Shown here: positions 58,459-64,000 of the stretch, piece after piece
How the letters are laid out: the number at the start of each line of letters is the position of its first letter
Numbering within the stretch: position 1 is the stretch's first letter
Origin: Alphaproteobacteria bacterium
GTDB taxonomy: Bacteria > Pseudomonadota > Alphaproteobacteria > Micropepsales > Micropepsaceae
Assembly (NCBI GenBank): GCA_023259375.1
Contig: JAHFQC010000016.1
Span: forward strand, 11,349 to 75,348
Length of the DNA stretch: 64,000 nucleotides
Reading direction: 5' to 3'
Position numbers and translations under genes: made by a program
Notes under the pieces: model-generated
What the model saw: the letters and a program-made list of their open reading frames with translations, nothing else
What the model was told of the DNA's origin: nothing
Databases searched by the model: none

Positions 58459-60377
58459 ACAAGCCCGATCCGCTGACCGTAAAGCAGTTGCGCCGCTGGT
58501 TCCCGTTGCGCCGCCGCGCGCTGAAGCAGGACAAGACCTACGAGTTCGCGCTCACCTTGGGCGGCACCGTGTCGGCCGGCGCCTATACGGCAGGTGTGCT
58601 CGATTTCCTGTTCGAAGCGCTCGATTTGTGGCAGCGCGCCAAGGACGACAACAAGGACTATGCGCCGCGCCACAATGTCGTGCTGTCGGCTATGGCCGGA
58701 GCCTCGGGCGGCGCGATCAACGGCGCCATCTCCTTGCGCACCTCGGGCTGGGTGTATCCGCACGGTCCGGTGAAGAACAACCCGTTCTACGATCTCTGGG
58801 TCGATGGCGTCGGCATTTCGAGCTTGATGTCGATCGCCGACGGTACCGACGATGGGTTGCGTTCGGTCTTTTACACCAAGGCGTTCGAGACGCTGGCGGA
58901 TACGCTGATCGCGTGGAAGGGCGCGTCCCTCGGCGACGATCCGGCTTCGCCGAAGCAGCGTTCCTATCTCGCCGATCCGCTCCGCCTGATCACCACGGTC
59001 GGCAATGTCACCGGCATTCCCTATGAAATCCGTTTTCGCGGCGCGACCAAGCTTGGTCACGAACTGGTGGCGCATGCCGATGTGGTGCGGTTCACGCTCA
59101 CCATACCGGGCGGCGTTCCCAATATCCCGCGAGCCCGCCCGGACGAACGGGCGCTATCGTTCTCGGAAGGCGATAGCTGGCAATACGTGAAAGCGGCGGC
59201 GCTGGCGACCAGTGCGTTCCCGATCGCGTTCCCGGCGCGGCAGGTGGACCAGACGTTCTACAGTTATGCCTATCACGTCGTGGCGGTACCCGGCGACGGC
59301 GTCGATCCGCCCGAACGGGCGCAGCTGTTGCCGTGCTGGGAGTTGATGAGCGCGGATTCCGATCCGCCTGCGGACGGTTACCGGACGGTCAATGTCGATG
59401 GCGGCACCTTCAACAACGAGCCGCTCGATCACGCCCGTGTGGCGCTGGCAGGTCTGGCGGGTCACAACATTCGCGACGGCAGCAAGGCTGATCGCGGCGT
59501 CGTGCTGGTCGATCCCTTCACCGATCTCGAAAGTCGCGACCTGTTCAACGCGCCCGGGCTGCTCAAGATGTTCGGTCCCATGCTATCGGCGTTGATCAAT
59601 CAGGGCCGCTACAAGCCCGAGGACATTGCGCTCGCCAAGAAATACGATTCCTACAGCCGCTTTCTGGTGGCGCCGAACCGTCCCATCAAGGATGGCCCGG
59701 ATATAAACGGCAAAGCCGCGCTGGCGACGGGCGGCATGGGCGGCTTCCTCGGCTTCTTCAACCGCGCGTTTCTCGACCACGATTTCCGTCTCGGCCGCCT
59801 CAATGCCTATGAGTTTCTGACCAGCGAATTCGTCCTGCCCGACACCAATCCGATCTTCACCGGTACCTGGACCGAAACGCAGGTGGCCGACTATGGCCAT
59901 GTCGAGACCAAGCCCAAGATGGTGGAGATTCCGGCTTCGGCTCCCGAACCGGAAGACGATCTGACCGAAGACGATGCCGAGGAGTGCCCCGACATCGCGT
60001 CGGCGCATGAAGCGGTACCGGACCCGGATGCGGACAAGCCCATCCGCTATCTGCCGATCATTCCGTTGATGCCGCCGTTGCGCGGCAACCCGCCGGAATT
60101 GGCCGCCTGGCCCAAGCTGAAGGCGATGCCGGATTTCAAGGATGTCATCACCTCGCGCCTCGACATCCTGTACCAGCAGTTGAAGCGGGAAGGTCAGAAA
60201 CAGGACAAGGACAAAGACGGCAATGTGATCAAGCCATGGTGGCCCGGCATGGTCGGCGATTTAGCGCTGGGGGTGGCATGGCGGACGGTATTGCGGCCGA
60301 TTTTCCGCGACCTGTTCATGAAGAACATCCGCAAGGGGCTTGTAGACCAGGGTCTGCTCGCCAAAGACGCGCCATAA
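58455..60377 (+). CDS. Patatin-like phospholipase
   Basis: LGGTVSAGAYTAG oxyanion loop, GASGG nucleophile, ATSAFP, VDGGTFNNEP. Confidence 0.88.
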   Translation: MNKPDPLTVKQLRRWFPLRRRALKQDKTYEFALTLGGTVSAGAYTAGVLDFLFEALDLWQRAKDDNKDYAPRHNVVLSAMAGASGGAINGAISLRTSGWVYPHGPVKNNPFYDLWVDGVGISSLMSIADGTDDGLRSVFYTKAFETLADTLIAWKGASLGDDPASPKQRSYLADPLRLITTVGNVTGIPYEIRFRGATKLGHELVAHADVVRFTLTIPGGVPNIPRARPDERALSFSEGDSWQYVKAAALATSAFPIAFPARQVDQTFYSYAYHVVAVPGDGVDPPERAQLLPCWELMSADSDPPADGYRTVNVDGGTFNNEPLDHARVALAGLAGHNIRDGSKADRGVVLVDPFTDLESRDLFNAPGLLKMFGPMLSALINQGRYKPEDIALAKKYDSYSRFLVAPNRPIKDGPDINGKAALATGGMGGFLGFFNRAFLDHDFRLGRLNAYEFLTSEFVLPDTNPIFTGTWTETQVADYGHVETKPKMVEIPASAPEPEDDLTEDDAEECPDIASAHEAVPDPDADKPIRYLPIIPLMPPLRGNPPELAAWPKLKAMPDFKDVITSRLDILYQQLKREGQKQDKDKDGNVIKPWWPGMVGDLALGVAWRTVLRPIFRDLFMKNIRKGLVDQGLLAKDAP

Positions 60378-60508
60378 GGCGTCACCGCGGCCTTACTGAA
60401 CGATCCGCGTGCGGCGCACGGCGGCTGTGCTTGCCGTTGCGCTTTACGGGCTTGTTTTCACGGCGTTAAGTTCCCATATCGCTCGTAGGCCATTATATAA
60501 TAGTCGAC

Positions 60509-61552
60509 ATGATCAAACCGCTTCGCGGCAAAGCCGCTTCCAAGAAGTCTTCCAAATCCTCAACGAAGACTGGCAAATTCACCAAAAAAGCCGGCAAGCC
60601 CCAACCGGGCGTTCACGCCGACAAGAAGGGCATTCCGCCGGTCGCCCAGGTCAAGCGGCGCGAGCCGCTGCCCGAGGAAATTCCGAAGCACCCGGAGGAG
60701 GATCCCGAGGCCCCCGCGCGGATCAGGGCGATCCTCGACAATCCGTCGTCGCGCCGGTCAGATCTCGATCTCGATTTCCTCGGTTCGCGGCCCGTTCGCG
60801 GTTTGCGCATCGGGCTCGATTACCTGAAGGCCGAGCTTTACCTGCAGAACAACGCCATCACCTCGACCATCGTGGTGTTCGGTTCGACCCGCATCTGCGA
60901 GCCCGCTGCCGCGCGCCGCACCATGACTACGTTGAAGGCCGCTCTGGCCGACGATCCCGGCGACAAGGATTTGGCGCGCCGTCTCGCCGTGGCCCAGCGC
61001 ATCATGGAGAAGAGCCGCTACTACGACGTGGCGCGCGCCTTCAGCCGGCTGGTCAGCGAAGAAGCGAAGAAGCCCGGCAAGCCGAAATGCACCGTCATCA
61101 CCGGTGGTGGTCCCGGCATCATGGAGGCGGCCAATCGCGGCGCCTACGATGTCGGTGCCAAGACCGTCGGCCTCAACATTTCGCTGCCGCACGAGCAGTT
61201 CCCGAACCCCTACATCACGCCGGGCCTGTGCTTCAATTTCCACTACTTCGCCATGCGCAAGATGCACTTCCTGCAGCGGGCCAAGGCGCTGGTGGCATTC
61301 CCCGGCGGCTTCGGTACCTTCGACGAGCTGTTCGAGGCGCTGACCCTGGTGCAGACGCGCAAGGTGAAGCCGATCCCCGTCGTGCTGGTCGGCGAGTCCT
61401 ATTGGAAGAACGCCGTCGACATGGACTTCCTGGTCAAGGAAGGCGTCATCGCGCCGGAAGACCTCGAACTGTTCTGGTATGCGGAATCGCCGCGCGAAAT
61501 CTGGGACGGCATCCTGCACTGGTACGATAAAAGCGGCTCACCGCTGAGATAA
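60509..61552 (+). CDS. LOG-family (TIGR00730-like) nucleotide phosphoribohydrolase with Lys-rich N-terminal tail
   Basis: VVFGSTR, TGGGPGIMEAANRGA, HEQFPNPY, FAMRKMHF, PGGFGTFDE. Confidence 0.92.
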   Translation: MIKPLRGKAASKKSSKSSTKTGKFTKKAGKPQPGVHADKKGIPPVAQVKRREPLPEEIPKHPEEDPEAPARIRAILDNPSSRRSDLDLDFLGSRPVRGLRIGLDYLKAELYLQNNAITSTIVVFGSTRICEPAAARRTMTTLKAALADDPGDKDLARRLAVAQRIMEKSRYYDVARAFSRLVSEEAKKPGKPKCTVITGGGPGIMEAANRGAYDVGAKTVGLNISLPHEQFPNPYITPGLCFNFHYFAMRKMHFLQRAKALVAFPGGFGTFDELFEALTLVQTRKVKPIPVVLVGESYWKNAVDMDFLVKEGVIAPEDLELFWYAESPREIWDGILHWYDKSGSPLR

Positions 61553-61568
61553 ACCTGAAGAGGAAACC

Positions 61569-62954
61569 ATGAAACTCTCGTTCAACGGCGCCGACCGCGG
61601 CGTTACTGGGTCCTGCCATATGGTCGAGGCGGGCGGATTGCGCATCCTGATCGATTGCGGGCTCTATCAGGGCGGCCGCGAACTCGATGAGGAAAACCAG
61701 GAGCCGTTCGGTTTCGATCCTGTCGCGATCGATCTGGTGCTGTTGACCCACGCCCATCTCGATCACTGCGGACGGCTGCCGCTGCTGGCCAAGCGCGGTT
61801 TCAGGGGCGAGATCATTTCGACTTCGGCGTCGGCAGAACTGGCGCGCCTCGTCATGGTCGACGCCGCCAACCTGCAGGCTGAAGACGCGCGTTTCCACGC
61901 CAAGAAGATGCACACGCACTTCCGCCGCGCCGATGTGAAGCCGCCGCTCTATTCGCTGATCGATGCCTTGAATGCGGCTTCGCATTTCGGCCGCGTCGCC
62001 CATTACGGCAGGCGCATCGAACTTTCGGAGACGTTGACGGCCACGTTCTTCGATGCCGGTCACATCCTCGGTTCGGCCAGTGTGCTGCTGGAAGAGAAAA
62101 ACGGCGCCAGCAAGCGCATCCTGTTCTCTGGCGACCTCGGCAATCCGCACGGTATCTTGCTGGCCGATCCGCCGCCGCCGCCGGAAGTCGACAACGTGGT
62201 GATGGAAACCACTTACGGCGACCGCAATCACAAGGACGTCGATCCGTCGGTCGGCGAATTCTACAAGGCGGTGATCGAGGCGTTCCAGCGCGGCGGCAAC
62301 GTCGTGATCCCGACTTTCGCGATCGAGCGCGCGCAGGAACTCTTGTTCGTCATCTGCAAGGGCATGGTCGAAAACCATCTGCCGCCGCAGACCCAGGTGT
62401 TCCTGGATTCGCCGATGGCGATTTCGGTCACGGAAATCATGGCGCGCAACCTGTCGGCGCTGAAGCCGGAAATCGCCGAAGCCATCCGCCGCGGCTACGA
62501 TCCGTTCGACTTCCAAGGCATCAACATGGTGCGCGAGCATAAGCAGTCGCAGCTCGTCAACGAGATCAAGCGCGGTGCCATCATCATGGCAGGCTCGGGC
62601 ATGTGCTCCGGCGGCCGTATCCGCCATCATCTGCTGCAGAACCTGCCGCGCGAGGAATCGAGCGTCGTGTTCGTCGGCTTCGCCGCCGGCGGCACGCTGG
62701 CCCGCCGCATCATCGATGGCGCCGATGTCGTCACGATTTTCGGCGAGCGCGTGCCGGTGAAGGCGAAGATCCATACCATCAACGGCTTCTCGGCGCATGC
62801 CGGACGCGACCAGCTCCTGGAATGGCATGCGGCCACCAAGGCGGCGCGCACGATCCTGGTGCACGGCGAAGAATCCTCAATGGCGAGCTTCGGCGATGCG
62901 CTGAAAGGCACCAGCGTAGACATGCCGCGTTTGCACGATACGATCGAATTGTAA
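61569..62954 (+). CDS. Metallo-beta-lactamase/beta-CASP RNA-processing-type hydrolase
   Basis: GVTGSCH, DCGLYQG, LTHAHLDHCGRLP, AGHILGSA, METTYGDR, AGSGMCSGGRI, GFSAHAG. Confidence 0.93.
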   Translation: MKLSFNGADRGVTGSCHMVEAGGLRILIDCGLYQGGRELDEENQEPFGFDPVAIDLVLLTHAHLDHCGRLPLLAKRGFRGEIISTSASAELARLVMVDAANLQAEDARFHAKKMHTHFRRADVKPPLYSLIDALNAASHFGRVAHYGRRIELSETLTATFFDAGHILGSASVLLEEKNGASKRILFSGDLGNPHGILLADPPPPPEVDNVVMETTYGDRNHKDVDPSVGEFYKAVIEAFQRGGNVVIPTFAIERAQELLFVICKGMVENHLPPQTQVFLDSPMAISVTEIMARNLSALKPEIAEAIRRGYDPFDFQGINMVREHKQSQLVNEIKRGAIIMAGSGMCSGGRIRHHLLQNLPREESSVVFVGFAAGGTLARRIIDGADVVTIFGERVPVKAKIHTINGFSAHAGRDQLLEWHAATKAARTILVHGEESSMASFGDALKGTSVDMPRLHDTIEL

Positions 62955-62988
62955 GACCCCGTCGCCGTACGACTGCACGAGTGTTCCG

Positions 62989-64000
62989 ATGACCTATCCC
63001 AAGCCGCAAAGCGCGGCCATGCTCGACGAACTGGCGAAGTACGTGATCGCCGAGCCGTTCCCGTTTGCGGCCGATCTCGAGAAGTGCCGCGGGATAAAGC
63101 TCGTCACGGTCGACGGCGACGAAATTACCGATTGGGGCGGCATCTACGGCTCCAAGCTGATCGGCTATAATCATCCCCGGATGATGACCGATGAATACGC
63201 GCGCGAAGTGCTGATCGCGGCCAACACCAAGATCGCCAATCCCGACATTTTGACCAAGCAGTGTCTCGATTATTACCGGCTGGTGCATCATCTCAGGCCG
63301 AAATGCATGCGGCGGGACAGGGTGGAAGTCTACGCCGTGAACTCGGGCGCGGAAGCGGTCGAGAACATGATGAAGTACTTCATCAACCTGTTCCATCATC
63401 GCCAGAAGGCCGCCGGCCGTCCGATGAGCGCGCCGCGCTTCATCTATTTCGATCAGGCGTTCCACGGCCGCACAGTTTTTGCGCTCAACGTCACCACACT
63501 GAAGAATGATCCCATTGCGACGCGCGATTTCCAGGGCATCATCGCGGGCAATCTGCAGGTCCAGTTCCCGGCGCTGCACACCCGCCTGACGCCGGAAGAG
63601 AATGACGAGAAGGTCACCTCGTCGCTGGAAACGCTGGAAGCGCTGTTGTCGACCTATCACGACGAGATCGCGGGCGTGATCTTGGAGCCGCTGCAAGGGG
63701 CGGGCGGTCATCGCCTGGCGCCGCCGCGTTTCTATAGCGGGCTTTCCGAACTGTGCCACAAATACGATGTGCCGTGGGGCCTCGATGAAGTGCAGACCGC
63801 GGGCGGCCAGACCGGCGAGATTTTCTGCATCGACAATTTCGATATCCCCTATCCGCCGCAGGCCGTCGCCAGCGCCAAGAAGTTCGGCAACGGCGTCGTC
63901 TTCATGCGCCAGTCGATGGAAGATGTTGGCGTGCTCGACTCCACCTGGGGCGGTTCGCTCACCGACATGGTGCGCTTCGTCCACGAATGGCAGATCGTCG
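62989..64000 (+). CDS. Class III aminotransferase, L-lysine 6-transaminase-like; runs off the window end
   Basis: Manual translation (not in ORF track): MTYPKPQS..., IGYNHP, NSGAEAVENMMK, AFHGR, EPLQGAGG, DEVQTAGG, AKK, DSTWGGSLTDMVR. Confidence 0.85.
   Translation, partial: MTYPKPQSAAMLDELAKYVIAEPFPFAADLEKCRGIKLVTVDGDEITDWGGIYGSKLIGYNHPRMMTDEYAREVLIAANTKIANPDILTKQCLDYYRLVHHLRPKCMRRDRVEVYAVNSGAEAVENMMKYFINLFHHRQKAAGRPMSAPRFIYFDQAFHGRTVFALNVTTLKNDPIATRDFQGIIAGNLQVQFPALHTRLTPEENDEKVTSSLETLEALLSTYHDEIAGVILEPLQGAGGHRLAPPRFYSGLSELCHKYDVPWGLDEVQTAGGQTGEIFCIDNFDIPYPPQAVASAKKFGNGVVFMRQSMEDVGVLDSTWGGSLTDMVRFVHEWQIV

Noticed and set aside
62779-63984. 401-aa minus-strand ORF
   Set aside because: The real gene is the plus-strand aminotransferase 62989-64000, missed by the track because it has no stop in the window

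Overview
High-GC alphaproteobacterial chromosome segment; no finer taxonomy can be supported. (1) 1-9972 is the right end of a decaying integrative conjugative element: DUF736, a frameshifted excisionase-like HTH, TraF-type S26 peptidase, lytic transglycosylase, a frameshifted and truncated VirD2-like relaxase, cargo (VOC, SelO, DUF5996, MFS) and an intact tyrosine integrase. It ends at a 45-bp att copy of the 3' half of tRNA-Pro(GGG). A second, degenerate integrase remnant lies just beyond it. (2) 10.4-17.5 kb: OmpR/HK pair plus a TlpA-DUF4266-DUF3570-ApbE-DsbD extracytosolic flavinylation/redox cluster. (3) 17.8-23.3 kb: PLP aminotransferase, a GNAT/isochorismatase-like/small-protein operon divergent from LysR plus a PraR/PhrR-like HTH, and TetR. 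(4) 23.8-34.4 kb: GH3, FucU, AraC, GDP-mannose 3,5-epimerase-like enzyme, fucokinase-like GHMP kinase, HxGH nucleotidyltransferase, ManC, FucP and OprB. This is my top candidate for an undescribed system: a Leloir-like, GDP-linked salvage route for an L-hexose such as L-galactose. (5) 34.6-37.0 kb: secreted hypothetical, DUF2946, acyltransferase-3. (6) 37.7-56.1 kb: complete F8-like chemotaxis cluster with four paralogous receptors carrying 12, 8, 2 and 6 HAMP modules, three CheW and an embedded OprO/P porin. (7) 56.4-60.4 kb: PG-binding muralytic enzyme, unknown membrane protein and patatin phospholipase operon. (8) 60.5-64 kb: LOG-family protein, beta-CASP metallo-hydrolase and a partial class III aminotransferase. 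No CRISPR array, rRNA, intact tRNA or IS was seen. All calls come from motif recognition by eye; no database searches were run.
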